Of a stretch of DNA of 64,000 nt, positions 10,370 to 19,855 are shown piece after piece. A model generated the notes under the pieces. The model did not search any database, was not told where the DNA came from, and worked only from the letters and a program-made list of their open reading frames with translations. Location of the stretch: IMG/VR virus record IMGVR_UViG_3300036828_000565, positions 7,383 to 71,382 of that record; one strand, 5' to 3'. Within the stretch, counting starts at the first letter, position 1, and every line of letters begins with the position of its first letter. The position numbers and the translations under genes were made by a program. The DNA comes from a virus.

Positions 10370-10801
10370 ATGTTCCTCCCTCCCGTAGCACAGCCTACGC
10401 AGGATGTGGCGCGTGTCAAATTCTATTATGGTCTATCAATCTATATAGAAAATCCTGAAGGATCAATTAGAACAGGAAAGAATTGGGCCAGTAAGGCTCC
10501 AGCTCACTATGGTTACATCATGGGCTTCTTTGGTGCGGACGGTGATGAGATGGATTGTTACATTGGACCAGATTTGAAAACTGGAAAAGTTTATGTGGTC
10601 GATCAAAATAAGATAAATTCTGAAGATTTTGATGAGCATAAAGCTATGATAGGTTATCATTCTCAACAAGAGGCTTTAGAAGATTATTTTGATGGTCACA
10701 GTCAAGGTAAGATAATCTTTAGAGGAGTAACTCAATTAACCCCTTTAGAGTTTCATAGATGGTTAAGGTTCGGGGATCATAAGGTTCCGTTATCAGGATA
10801 G
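10370..10801 (+). CDS. Inorganic-pyrophosphatase-like (InPase) domain protein
   Basis: IENPEGSIRTG, HYGYI, GADGDEMDCYIGP, VVDQ, FDEHK motifs; GGAGG RBS. Confidence 0.8.
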   Translation: MFLPPVAQPTQDVARVKFYYGLSIYIENPEGSIRTGKNWASKAPAHYGYIMGFFGADGDEMDCYIGPDLKTGKVYVVDQNKINSEDFDEHKAMIGYHSQQEALEDYFDGHSQGKIIFRGVTQLTPLEFHRWLRFGDHKVPLSG

Positions 10802-10809
10802 GAGATGAA

Positions 10810-10992
10810 ATGAAATCAGGGGATAGTGTCTATACCAGTTTCCCTAAGAGAAATGTTGTAAGCCCAAATTCGGGTAACGGAGGAGGAAATAGTGGAGCTG
10901 TAATTTCTCCAGCGCCAGGTTTAGGACTTTCAGCTTATCAAGATCCAGATGTTCCAGTAAAGAAACTACCTAATAAACAAGGAGGGGCTTAA
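10810..10992 (+). CDS. Hypothetical protein
   Basis: 60-aa ORF with AGGAG RBS, tightly packed in the head operon. Confidence 0.55.
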   Translation: MKSGDSVYTSFPKRNVVSPNSGNGGGNSGAVISPAPGLGLSAYQDPDVPVKKLPNKQGGA

Positions 10993-10993
10993 C

Positions 10994-11332
10994 GTGCCTA
11001 ATTTCGGAAAACCTGCTATTCCTGGAGATAAGGTAAACATTATTCCCTCTCCTTTAGGTCAAAAATATAATAGCATAGAAAACTGTTTCTCCAGCGGACC
11101 CGTCTTTGATCTTACACCAAAAGACGAGTCTACTCAACATAGCCTAGATACTTTACCTAGTCCATATGGTCCACCTTATGGAGTTATGGATTCTAAGTTT
11201 TCTGAATTAGAGCATAAACTAGAACATAAAAAGGGAGTAACTAATCCTGCTGCATTAGCCGCTAAGATTGGAAGAGAGCAAATAGGACAAGCAGAAATGA
11301 CTCGGCGTAGTGTGGAGGGCCGAAAGAAATGA
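10994..11332 (+). CDS. Hypothetical head-cluster protein
   Basis: GTG start after GGAGG; basic C-terminus NPAALAAKIGR. Confidence 0.6.
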   Translation: MPNFGKPAIPGDKVNIIPSPLGQKYNSIENCFSSGPVFDLTPKDESTQHSLDTLPSPYGPPYGVMDSKFSELEHKLEHKKGVTNPAALAAKIGREQIGQAEMTRRSVEGRKK

Positions 11333-11341
11333 GAACTAAAT

Positions 11342-12796
11342 ATGGCTAAAAATTATTATGCTCAAGCTATTAGTCCTCATATGTCTGAGACCGTTCACGG
11401 GTATCTCATTTGTGAGGATGTTCCAATCTGTAGAAGCGGTTTTCAAGAGTATCTAGGTAGTGAACTTGTAGGCATGCCTGGATATGAATCTAGTTGGGAG
11501 TTAGATCCTAATGGTCACTATAATGTTTATAGACCTAAAAATGAGGTTCTAGATCCTTTAACTATTAAATCTTTTGAAGGTTGTACTGTTGTTGATGAAC
11601 ATCCTGATAGTAGTGTAGTCCATATTGATAATGACCAAGAACTTAGTTGTGGTCACATAGAAAAAGTAAGACGGGGCCCCGACCATGGTGGTGAGGTAAC
11701 TTTAATTGGTGATCTTCACATTAAGAACCCTGAGTTAAAGAAAAAAGTTATGGAAGATGGGGTTCGTGATATCAGTTGTGGTTATCTATTAAAGTTAGTT
11801 CGTCTCCCAGATAAAACTCTTGAAATGCACTCCATCAGAGGTAATCATGTAGCGGTGGTAGAAAAAGGCAGGGCCGGAAGTCGAATTGCTATTAAAGATT
11901 CGGCCCCGCCCGAAATCAAAAAAAGGAAGGTAACAAGTATGAATATGTTAGAGACGATTTTCGGGCGTGGAGTGAAGGCCTATGCGGCAGATGCCACGGA
12001 CGATGATCTGGCTATTTTAGGCAGAAGTATGTTTAGTAAGGCGCCAGAGCCCAAGCAAGCAAATGACTCTTCTACTTTAGCTGTAGATAAGAAGGAAGAA
12101 GAGAAGCCAGCCATGGATGCTCATCGTGCTGCTGCTCATGCAGCTCTTGATCGTTGTATGGATGCAATGAAGGATGCTAAGAAGATGGGGTGTGATGCCT
12201 TTGGAAAACCAACAGGTATTGCGGGTCTTAAAAAGGCACTCGATTCTTATTTTGCTACAGATGCAGAAGATAAGAAGGAAGATAAGGAAGAAGATAAGCC
12301 AACAGAAGATTCCAAGGTTGAGGAGTTGAAAGAAGAAAAAGCAGCTGAGGATAAGGCAGAAGAGCATCAAGAAGAAAAGACAGCGGCTGAAGAGCATGAA
12401 GAAATGAATGATGAAGAAGTAGCTGAAGATGCTGAAGGGACAGATAAGATCAATGATTTAGGTAAGAATGTTTTAGGGGCTCTAGACTCTGTTCGTAGTT
12501 TTATGAAAGTAAGTAAACCTCTTGTTGCTATTATTGCTAATAAGCCTATTTCGAAGCGCTCACAGGCTGAGAAGGTTATGCTTGATAGTTATAATCAATC
12601 AGTTAGAGCTTTGAATGAGTCTGGAGGAAAATCTTATAAGATGTTTTCTAAGATTAGAGTTCCTGATAATATTCCTGCTCTTGCTACTGATAAAGCTGTT
12701 GTAGTGGAGGACTGCTCGAGATTTTATGAGGGCGTTCCCTATGCAATTGGTAAACGGCGTCATCAGGAATACCTTGATAAGAAGGAGAGTAAGTAA
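11342..12796 (+). CDS. Prohead protease/scaffold (DUF2213 family)
   Basis: GYLICEDVPICRSG, VYRP..EV, SFEG, EHP, ISCGY, NHVAVVEKGRAG; acidic scaffold-like C-terminal half. Confidence 0.9.
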   Translation: MAKNYYAQAISPHMSETVHGYLICEDVPICRSGFQEYLGSELVGMPGYESSWELDPNGHYNVYRPKNEVLDPLTIKSFEGCTVVDEHPDSSVVHIDNDQELSCGHIEKVRRGPDHGGEVTLIGDLHIKNPELKKKVMEDGVRDISCGYLLKLVRLPDKTLEMHSIRGNHVAVVEKGRAGSRIAIKDSAPPEIKKRKVTSMNMLETIFGRGVKAYAADATDDDLAILGRSMFSKAPEPKQANDSSTLAVDKKEEEKPAMDAHRAAAHAALDRCMDAMKDAKKMGCDAFGKPTGIAGLKKALDSYFATDAEDKKEDKEEDKPTEDSKVEELKEEKAAEDKAEEHQEEKTAAEEHEEMNDEEVAEDAEGTDKINDLGKNVLGALDSVRSFMKVSKPLVAIIANKPISKRSQAEKVMLDSYNQSVRALNESGGKSYKMFSKIRVPDNIPALATDKAVVVEDCSRFYEGVPYAIGKRRHQEYLDKKESK

Positions 12797-12798
12797 CC

Positions 12799-13563
12799 AT
12801 GCCAGCAACTGTAGTTCCTGTCAGAGGACTTTTACTTGGCTTTGTCGGCAATATTTCTAATGAGGGATATTCGCTGAGAACGCCCCGTCAAGTTAATCCA
12901 ACTGATACTCTAAGTATCGCGTTTGGTGAGACTTTTGTTCTTAACCCGAATAATACTTACTCTAGTGTCAAGCAATTTCTATTGAATGGAACTGGTGGTC
13001 TTTCAGCTTCTTCTCCTATGGGCATTGCGGCTTCTAACGTTAATATTAATCCTGCTTATAATATAGTGGGTACATTAAATGTGCAGACTCCTGGAGGAGT
13101 TTATATTCCTGCTTCTGTGATGGATGGTCTTGTTCAGGGAACCATTAACGTTACTTGTAATAATGGTACTCCTGTAGCACAAGGAGCTGTTTATCTTAGA
13201 ACAGCTGTGAATGCTGGTGTACCTAATGGTGTAGTTGGTGGTTTAGAAGCTCTTGCAGATCCTAATCCTGTAACAGCTACAACTTTAACGACAACTCTTA
13301 ACTCTACAGCGGCTACTGTTTCAACTGGTACTGGTCTAGTTGTTGGTATGGCAATTAATAACGTAAATGTTCTTCCTGGTACTTACATTAAGACTATTGC
13401 AGGTACTGCAGTTACTCTTAGTCAGAATGCTACAGCTAGTGGTTCTGCTATAGCGGCAACTTTCTCAGCCTCTATTCTGATTCCAAACTTTGCTTGGAAA
13501 ACAGGTTATCTTGAAAATGATACTACTTGCCAGGTAACTATTCTTACTCGCACTGTAGCCTAA
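12799..13563 (+). CDS. Capsid cement/decoration protein
   Basis: Between protease and capsid; GTINV..GTPVAQGAVYLR motif; carries a ~60-aa beta-rich insertion. Confidence 0.7.
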   Translation: MPATVVPVRGLLLGFVGNISNEGYSLRTPRQVNPTDTLSIAFGETFVLNPNNTYSSVKQFLLNGTGGLSASSPMGIAASNVNINPAYNIVGTLNVQTPGGVYIPASVMDGLVQGTINVTCNNGTPVAQGAVYLRTAVNAGVPNGVVGGLEALADPNPVTATTLTTTLNSTAATVSTGTGLVVGMAINNVNVLPGTYIKTIAGTAVTLSQNATASGSAIAATFSASILIPNFAWKTGYLENDTTCQVTILTRTVA

Positions 13564-13581
13564 CGGCGGAAAGGAAAATAA

Positions 13582-14595
13582 ATGAATCTCCTCACTCAAA
13601 GAGAGTTTACGCAAAATCTAAATATTTTGCGGAGTGGAAGGATTCTGTCCGACGCCGCTATTGCAGCTACAGGACAAACCTTCTTAATGGCAGAACTCGC
13701 TAAACTTGATCCAACGGTACGTCTTCCATTGGAGAACTATACTTATCTTCGCGATATTCCTATAGATCGCGGGGGTGGGTGGATTATGCAGCATCTTGCT
13801 CATAACGTAGATTTTCGTGGCCCTCGTGACAATTCAGCAGGTTCACAGAGTAATGATTCTCGCGTGATTGAGTACAACGTAAATCAGGACGCCTGGCCTG
13901 TGTTTCCGTATCAGGTTCGCATTCGAATTCCGATTGTTGAATCTTTACGTATGGCACAGGTTGGCCGTAGCCCACAAGATCTCCTAGATAAGGGCGTTCG
14001 TGTAGACTACAGTAAGACTCTTGATACCCGTACTTATGCTGGTTTCAATGGTCAACAGGGTATGGTTAACAATCCAACTCTTACGTCTACGGCTCTTCCG
14101 GCTACAGGAACTGGTTCCACTACGACTTGGTCCACAAAGAATGCCACTCAGATTTTGGGTGATTTTAACTTTATGGCGCTGACGAATTGGAATGCCAGTG
14201 GAAACGCTCCGGGTGCAATGCCTGATAGGTTCCTTATTCCTCCTAATCAATATGTTCAAATTACTCAACCAATGGCTATAGTTGGTGGTCCTAGTGGCTA
14301 TGCTTCTATTCAGGATTATGTCAAGAAGAATTATCTTGGATCGGCTTTTGGAATTGACCCTGAGATTTATCCTCTTCCTGTTTGGCTTGATGGACAGGGT
14401 CCAGGTAGTACTCAAGAACTCATTGCTTACAAATATGATAAGGATTGCTTATCTTTAGGTATTCCTCAGGAGATCTCACGTTTTGGTGCGCCTCCTTCTA
14501 TCGTATCTGGTTGTTTTGAGTTTCTTTACCTTGCTAACATTGGTGTAGTTAAGATTAATCGTCCCCAGACGATTCAGATCTACTACGGGGCTTAA
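13582..14595 (+). CDS. Major capsid protein (DUF2184 family)
   Basis: FLMAELAKLDP, TYLRDIPI, GMVNNP, QILGDFN, PDRFLIPPNQY, GVVKINRPQTIQIYYG; canonical position. Confidence 0.9.
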   Translation: MNLLTQREFTQNLNILRSGRILSDAAIAATGQTFLMAELAKLDPTVRLPLENYTYLRDIPIDRGGGWIMQHLAHNVDFRGPRDNSAGSQSNDSRVIEYNVNQDAWPVFPYQVRIRIPIVESLRMAQVGRSPQDLLDKGVRVDYSKTLDTRTYAGFNGQQGMVNNPTLTSTALPATGTGSTTTWSTKNATQILGDFNFMALTNWNASGNAPGAMPDRFLIPPNQYVQITQPMAIVGGPSGYASIQDYVKKNYLGSAFGIDPEIYPLPVWLDGQGPGSTQELIAYKYDKDCLSLGIPQEISRFGAPPSIVSGCFEFLYLANIGVVKINRPQTIQIYYGA

Positions 14596-14610
14596 TTTCT
14601 AAATAACTAG

Positions 14611-14634
14611 GTGGTCCTAGATAATTAGGACCAC
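14611..14634 (+). terminator. Stem-loop after the capsid gene (terminator or mRNA-stabilising hairpin)
   Basis: GTGGTCCTA-gataat-TAGGACCAC, 9-bp stem; no strong U tract. Confidence 0.55.
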
Positions 14635-14650
14635 TATCCTAAGGAGCAAG

Positions 14651-14932
14651 ATGAGAATCGTAGCGGATAGACATCTTAATCTACATTCACCTTCAACACA
14701 GGGTGGACTTGTTTTCGTTCCTCAAAAGGAAGCAACCGTTGTTCCTGAAGATGTTCGAGAACATCCAGCATTTAATCTTTTAGTAAAAAATGGTCATGTT
14801 TCAGTTCTAAAACCTAATAGTAATGATCCTGTTGCTTTAGAAGAAGAACCTGAAGAAAAGCCTGAAGAAGAAGAACCTAAAGAAGATTCTGAAGAAGAAG
14901 AACCTGAAGAAAAGAAATCTGAAGAAGAATAG
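14651..14932 (+). CDS. Small acidic head-completion/hypothetical protein
   Basis: AAGGAG RBS; EEEPEE low-complexity tail. Confidence 0.7.
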   Translation: MRIVADRHLNLHSPSTQGGLVFVPQKEATVVPEDVREHPAFNLLVKNGHVSVLKPNSNDPVALEEEPEEKPEEEEPKEDSEEEEPEEKKSEEE

Positions 14933-14939
14933 GTGAATT

Positions 14940-15689
14940 ATGGGAACGAGTGGGTTTCCTGACATTTCAGGATTTTATGATATGGTCTATGGAGGTGCAG
15001 GAGTAGATTTTGGAGGTTTAACTCTACTCTACTTTGGTGGAGCCTCTGGTATGGTTTTTAGCGGAAACCCACCTTATACTGTAACAGATTTCTTTAATTT
15101 TTATAGTAAATTTGCTGGACCTGCTTCGATTATTAATGGAAATTTAACTCAGGGAAGTAACATAATTACTAATATAGCTAGTAATCAAATTACTGGTTTA
15201 GTTTCAGGACAATTATTAGTTAATTCTAATTTTTCAAAAGATACTTTAATTGTAGATGTTGGAACTACTAATATGACTGTTTCTAATCCATCTACAGCTA
15301 CAGTTATAGGGTCCCAGATAATGGTTTATGAAGCTCCTTTTGTTCCAATTATTGTCGTTCTTACATATCTTAATTTAGCATTAGCTAGTGTCATGTATAG
15401 TAGATATCAAGAAGCATGGCCTATGATGATTAATCTTTTCATAGCTCATTACTGTACCTTATTCATGAGAACAGAAACAGGAACTCCTAATGTAACAGCA
15501 TCTCAAGTAGCTTCTTCTGGTCTTGCTAAAGGAATTACAGTTTCAAGAGCAGCTGGTGATGTTAGTGCTACTCAAGAACTTTTACTTAATCAATATATGG
15601 ATTGGGGAGCTTGGACTCAAACTGAATATGGTTTGCAGTTTATTACTATAGCTAGAGCAACGAATATGGGGCCAATCTGGGTACCGTAA
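14940..15689 (+). CDS. Head-tail adaptor (DUF4054 family) with inserted beta module
   Basis: LFIAHYCTL, SRAAGDVS, WTQTEYGLQF motifs. Confidence 0.8.
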   Translation: MGTSGFPDISGFYDMVYGGAGVDFGGLTLLYFGGASGMVFSGNPPYTVTDFFNFYSKFAGPASIINGNLTQGSNIITNIASNQITGLVSGQLLVNSNFSKDTLIVDVGTTNMTVSNPSTATVIGSQIMVYEAPFVPIIVVLTYLNLALASVMYSRYQEAWPMMINLFIAHYCTLFMRTETGTPNVTASQVASSGLAKGITVSRAAGDVSATQELLLNQYMDWGAWTQTEYGLQFITIARATNMGPIWVP

Positions 15690-15779
15690 CTATGCGAAAT
15701 AATTTTAATTCTGAAGAACCAGATTCTTCTTGGACAGAACAAGAGATTCTTTTTTGGTTTATAAAACATCGAGAAAACA

Positions 15780-16358
15780 ATGAGTCCACCTCCGGTAGAG
15801 ATAATAAAGAAGAAAGGGATGTCAGACGACTTCCTTCGACGAATAAAGACACTAGGAGACAGTTCAGTTTACGTTGGTATTCCTAAAGGTTCTAGAACTG
15901 GGCGAAGTGAAGATATTCGTGAAAGAGCTAGAAGATTTACAGGTAAGAAAAAGAAAAGTAAGAAGGAAAGAAAAAGACTCTTTACTGCAGCAAGATTTAA
16001 TACCATAACGAATGCTCAAGCTTTAAGGTTGTTTTCTTTTGGTTCTTATCTTAATAATCAACCGGCACGTCCTGTTTTAGAACCAGCTATTCAAGATAAA
16101 GCAAATAAAGAAAAAATAATTGCTGAAATAGCAATAGCTACTAAGAATTTACTAGATGGTAGAATTTATATAGCTAATCAACATCTAGATAGAGCAGGTA
16201 GAGTGGCTAGAGATGCTGCTAAGGATTGGTTCTTTAATCCACAAAATGGTTGGGCTCCAAATGCTGCTTCAACAGTTGCTATTAAGGGTTTTGATTCACC
16301 TGGTATAGATACACAGGCAATGAGAAATGCTATAACTTTCATCAGAAAGGGGTCTTAA
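15780..16358 (+). CDS. Neck/tail-completion protein
   Basis: VYVGIP, PARPVLEP, WAPNAASTVAIKG..PGIDT.AMRNAITF motifs. Confidence 0.75.
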   Translation: MSPPPVEIIKKKGMSDDFLRRIKTLGDSSVYVGIPKGSRTGRSEDIRERARRFTGKKKKSKKERKRLFTAARFNTITNAQALRLFSFGSYLNNQPARPVLEPAIQDKANKEKIIAEIAIATKNLLDGRIYIANQHLDRAGRVARDAAKDWFFNPQNGWAPNAASTVAIKGFDSPGIDTQAMRNAITFIRKGS

Positions 16359-16359
16359 T

Positions 16360-16755
16360 ATGTCTGAAGTAAGTGATTTAGCATTTGTTATAGATGATGG
16401 TACTCTTTCTGAAGACTTTATTATAGCGAGACAAACAGGTTCATTTCAGATCGGTGGATGGATTCATACTGAGCAACAGATACCAGGATGGGGAGTAGTT
16501 TCAGTAGCTACAGCCGAAGATCTAGAAATGGTTCTTGAAGGAGATAAGCTTACTGGAGCTATGGTGTTTCATAGTCAACAGAGAATCTACATTACTGAAG
16601 AAGATAATGGTCCTCCTCCAGATTTTAAACCAGGAACTCAATATATTAGTGATCAGATGATTTGGAATAATCATAGATGGAGAGTAACTGAATGTTTTCC
16701 TTATCCAAATCGTAATTATTGGAAGGCTATTGCGGTTAGAATGAAGGGGCACTAA
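16360..16755 (+). CDS. Head closure/stopper protein
   Basis: Position and size; D.MIWNNHRWRV...YWKAIAVR. Confidence 0.65.
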   Translation: MSEVSDLAFVIDDGTLSEDFIIARQTGSFQIGGWIHTEQQIPGWGVVSVATAEDLEMVLEGDKLTGAMVFHSQQRIYITEEDNGPPPDFKPGTQYISDQMIWNNHRWRVTECFPYPNRNYWKAIAVRMKGH

Positions 16756-17561
16756 TGCCTAGTATAGTAACTTATCCTGACGGATCGATTTTAACGTCTA
16801 CTGCGCTATCAGATAACCAGGTTGAGACTGCTCTTCAGTTACTTTCAGCTCAAGTCCTAGGAATTTTGATTAGCCCATTAAACTTAAATGTTACTTTAAC
16901 GGCTAATTCTCCTAATGCGGTGGTAGATAGCGCTTCTTTGTTATATGATGGAGTTACTATTTCAGCAACAGGTATTCCTCCTGGAACAACTATTTTATCA
17001 ATATCTGGAGTTAATATAGTTCTAAGTAATAATGCTACTATCTCAGGTACTGAACCTGCTATAGCTCAAGATTTAAAAGCTACTTCAGTAGTAAGAATTG
17101 GTTGGCAACAACAAGGTCAGCCTGGACCTAGTATAAATAGTGATACTTTAGCTATTACAGCTGAACCTATAGATACTCCATTTTCTAGATTAAGAGATTC
17201 AGTACAGACAACTATTGGGACTATAAATACTCAATTAGATGTGTTTACTAGAACTTGGCGAGTTTCATGGGCATTTTATGGTCCCCATTCTCTAGATTAT
17301 GCTAGAGCTGTTAAATCAGCTTGGACTATGGTATCTTTTGTAGATAATTTTCTTTCAAACTATAATCTCTTCGTTAATCCTGAAATAGAAGAACCTAGTA
17401 GAAATCCTGACTTGTTTCAAAGTCAGTGGTGGGAACGTGTTACTATGAAGGCAGAATTCAGTGAACAGGTAACCGAGACATTAACTGTAGGCACTGTGGA
17501 ATCTGTAGAGGTTAAGGTCTATACTAAAGACGGCCAATTAGCCGATATCACAATACCATAG
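16755..17561 (+). CDS. Tail terminator/neck protein with inserted beta module
   Basis: VRIGWQQQGQP, W.FYGP, QWWER motifs; immediately before the sheath gene. Confidence 0.65.
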   Translation: MPSIVTYPDGSILTSTALSDNQVETALQLLSAQVLGILISPLNLNVTLTANSPNAVVDSASLLYDGVTISATGIPPGTTILSISGVNIVLSNNATISGTEPAIAQDLKATSVVRIGWQQQGQPGPSINSDTLAITAEPIDTPFSRLRDSVQTTIGTINTQLDVFTRTWRVSWAFYGPHSLDYARAVKSAWTMVSFVDNFLSNYNLFVNPEIEEPSRNPDLFQSQWWERVTMKAEFSEQVTETLTVGTVESVEVKVYTKDGQLADITIP

Positions 17562-17573
17562 TAAGGAGTCAAT

Positions 17574-19010
17574 ATGAGTGCTAATCCTCTACCGTTGAGT
17601 TTAATTGCAGATCTTACTGTAATTACCTCTTCTCCGCAAGTGGCATCTCCAACATTTAATACTGGACTTGTAATTGGACCGACGGCTGCAATTCCAAGTT
17701 ATGGCGTAAATCCAAGACTTAGACTTTATCTAGCTACTACATATAGTACAGCTATGATTAATGATGGATTTACGCTTACTAGTCCAGAAGTTATCTGTGC
17801 TAATATGTATTTCAGTCAGTCTCCTCAACCTCAGACTATAGCCATAGGTCGTCTAGATCTTACAGCAATTTCAGCAGCAGTTCCAACTTCAGGAAGTATT
17901 GGTGTTAATTATAAAGTTGGAGATATTATTACTGTAGTTCAATCTTCAGCAAGTAATGGACAGTTACGAGTTATTACTATTGGTACAGGTGGTACTGTAA
18001 CTGGTATTGCTATTACAGGAAGTCAAGGTACTGGTTATTCGGTTGCTAATGGTTTATCTACAACCGGAGGAAGTGGCACAGGTCTTCAAGTCAATATTAC
18101 AGCTATCGGAGAGTCAGCTGTACAAGCAGCTATTGCTTGTCGTGCTATAAATGCTACTTGGTATCCTTTTATGGTTACCAGTGCTTTACCTGCTGATCAT
18201 ATTGCTCTTGCTTCTTGGACACAATCTCAGATTGGAACAGTGTATCTTGGAAATGATTCAGAAGTTGCAGTTTTAAATGGTTTAGCTGCTAATACACTTT
18301 CTACGATATTTGGTGCTAATAACTCACGTACATGGATGCAATACGCTACTACACAGGGAGGTCTTTACCCTAATCAGATTTATTTTACTGCTTCTCTTAT
18401 GGGTCAGATGATGGCCTCTAATACTCAGTTAGCTAATAGTTCATTTACTGAGAAATTTAGTGGTGGTGTTCCTCTAATTGGGGTATATACGGAACCTGTT
18501 AACACTACTCAAATAGCTAATATAGAAGGTTCACTTCCATCATTTGGTCCTAATGGTAACCTGTTCTTGAATTACGCTAATGCGTTTAAGATTCTAGAAC
18601 AAGGTACTATGATGGCTCCTGGAGTGTTTTTCGATCAAATTCTGGGATTAGATGTTTTAGGATCTAATATTCAATACAATATTTTGAATGTCTTAACTAC
18701 ATCACCAAAAGTTCCTCAGACTGATGCTGGTCAGCAGATTCTAGTTCAAGCAGTAGAAGCCGCTTTGAATCAAGCTGTAACTGTTGGATTCATTGCTTCT
18801 GGTGGAGTCTGGCGAGGTCAAGCTATTAATATAGGTAAGGGTCTTAGTGTTGGTCAATCTCTACCTCAAGGTTATATTGTACTTACACCTCTATATAGTC
18901 AAGTATCTCAGGCTTCTATTGCTGCTAGACAAGCCCCTACAATTTATGTGGCTATGATTGAAGCAGGAGCAGTTCATTTCGTGACCATCGCAGTTATGGT
19001 TCAAGTTTAA
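17574..19010 (+). CDS. Contractile tail sheath protein (DUF3383)
   Basis: YFSQSPQP, KVPQTDAG, RQAPTI...AGAVHFV motifs. Confidence 0.9.
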   Translation: MSANPLPLSLIADLTVITSSPQVASPTFNTGLVIGPTAAIPSYGVNPRLRLYLATTYSTAMINDGFTLTSPEVICANMYFSQSPQPQTIAIGRLDLTAISAAVPTSGSIGVNYKVGDIITVVQSSASNGQLRVITIGTGGTVTGIAITGSQGTGYSVANGLSTTGGSGTGLQVNITAIGESAVQAAIACRAINATWYPFMVTSALPADHIALASWTQSQIGTVYLGNDSEVAVLNGLAANTLSTIFGANNSRTWMQYATTQGGLYPNQIYFTASLMGQMMASNTQLANSSFTEKFSGGVPLIGVYTEPVNTTQIANIEGSLPSFGPNGNLFLNYANAFKILEQGTMMAPGVFFDQILGLDVLGSNIQYNILNVLTTSPKVPQTDAGQQILVQAVEAALNQAVTVGFIASGGVWRGQAINIGKGLSVGQSLPQGYIVLTPLYSQVSQASIAARQAPTIYVAMIEAGAVHFVTIAVMVQV

Positions 19011-19024
19011 GGGAAGGATAACTA

Positions 19025-19468
19025 ATGTCAACAGCTTACTCATTTAAGAGTGTTGTCGGAGCCTTCAGCGACCCTGATGCTGGAACCTATCCATTTCAAG
19101 GTCAACAAGGCTTAAAACAAATAACTATTAACAATGCTACGGAACGTACTGCTCATGATACAGCTTCTGATGGAACAGTAATGATTAGCTACATTTCAGG
19201 AGCTTCTGGTTCAGCTGAACTTGAATGTCAACAGAATAGTTCTCTTCATGAGTTTCTAGTTAATTGGGCTAATATCAAATATACTCAAGCAGAAAACGGT
19301 AATGGAGCAAGTTACGCTTCAGCTGCTTTAAAAGTAATAGACTTAATTAATGGAGCTATTCATACACTTACTGGGATTAGTCCAGCTAAGATTCCTGATA
19401 AAAATTATACAGCCGCAGGTGGAATGGTGACTTGGCGTCTAATGGCAGGAAACGTAATTACACAGTAA
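19025..19468 (+). CDS. Tail tube protein (DUF3277-like)
   Basis: AYSFKSV, ASDG.VMIS, QNSS, KIPD..Y...G..VTW; follows the sheath. Confidence 0.8.
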   Translation: MSTAYSFKSVVGAFSDPDAGTYPFQGQQGLKQITINNATERTAHDTASDGTVMISYISGASGSAELECQQNSSLHEFLVNWANIKYTQAENGNGASYASAALKVIDLINGAIHTLTGISPAKIPDKNYTAAGGMVTWRLMAGNVITQ

Positions 19469-19474
19469 GGAGGA

Positions 19475-19855
19475 TTGGTGAATTCTCGAGTCTCAAACAA
19501 AGAAGTTAAAATAGAAAACCGTAACTATCAGCTTAATAAACCTGATGCTCGTACGGCTTGCTACTTATTTTCATTTCTAGGGGCGAAAATAAATGAAAAT
19601 GAAAACTTTTTCACTGGCTTAGGAAGGTGTACAAGAGCTGAATTTAATGAGATTCAATCTTTGGCTTTAGGTAAAATTTTTAGAATGGACCAAAAGGAAG
19701 ATTCCATATTTCCTGTGGCTATATTTTTAAATGGTAGAATAACTGATCAAGATCTTGAAAATAATGCTGATGAATTAATGAAACTTACTTCAGAATGGTT
19801 AGTCTTTGCCTTTGACCCTTTTATGGTCGCAAGCGGATTGAATTCTCAGAAGTAG
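19475..19855 (+). CDS. Tail assembly chaperone (gpG-like)
   Basis: GTG start after AAGGAGG; lies between tube and tape measure; slippery CCCTTTT near the 3' end. Confidence 0.75.
   Translation: MVNSRVSNKEVKIENRNYQLNKPDARTACYLFSFLGAKINENENFFTGLGRCTRAEFNEIQSLALGKIFRMDQKEDSIFPVAIFLNGRITDQDLENNADELMKLTSEWLVFAFDPFMVASGLNSQK

Noticed and set aside
15692-15886. 64-aa ORF overlapping the neck gene
   Set aside because: More than half overlaps 15780..16358 in another frame, with no RBS or motif; cannot be supported.
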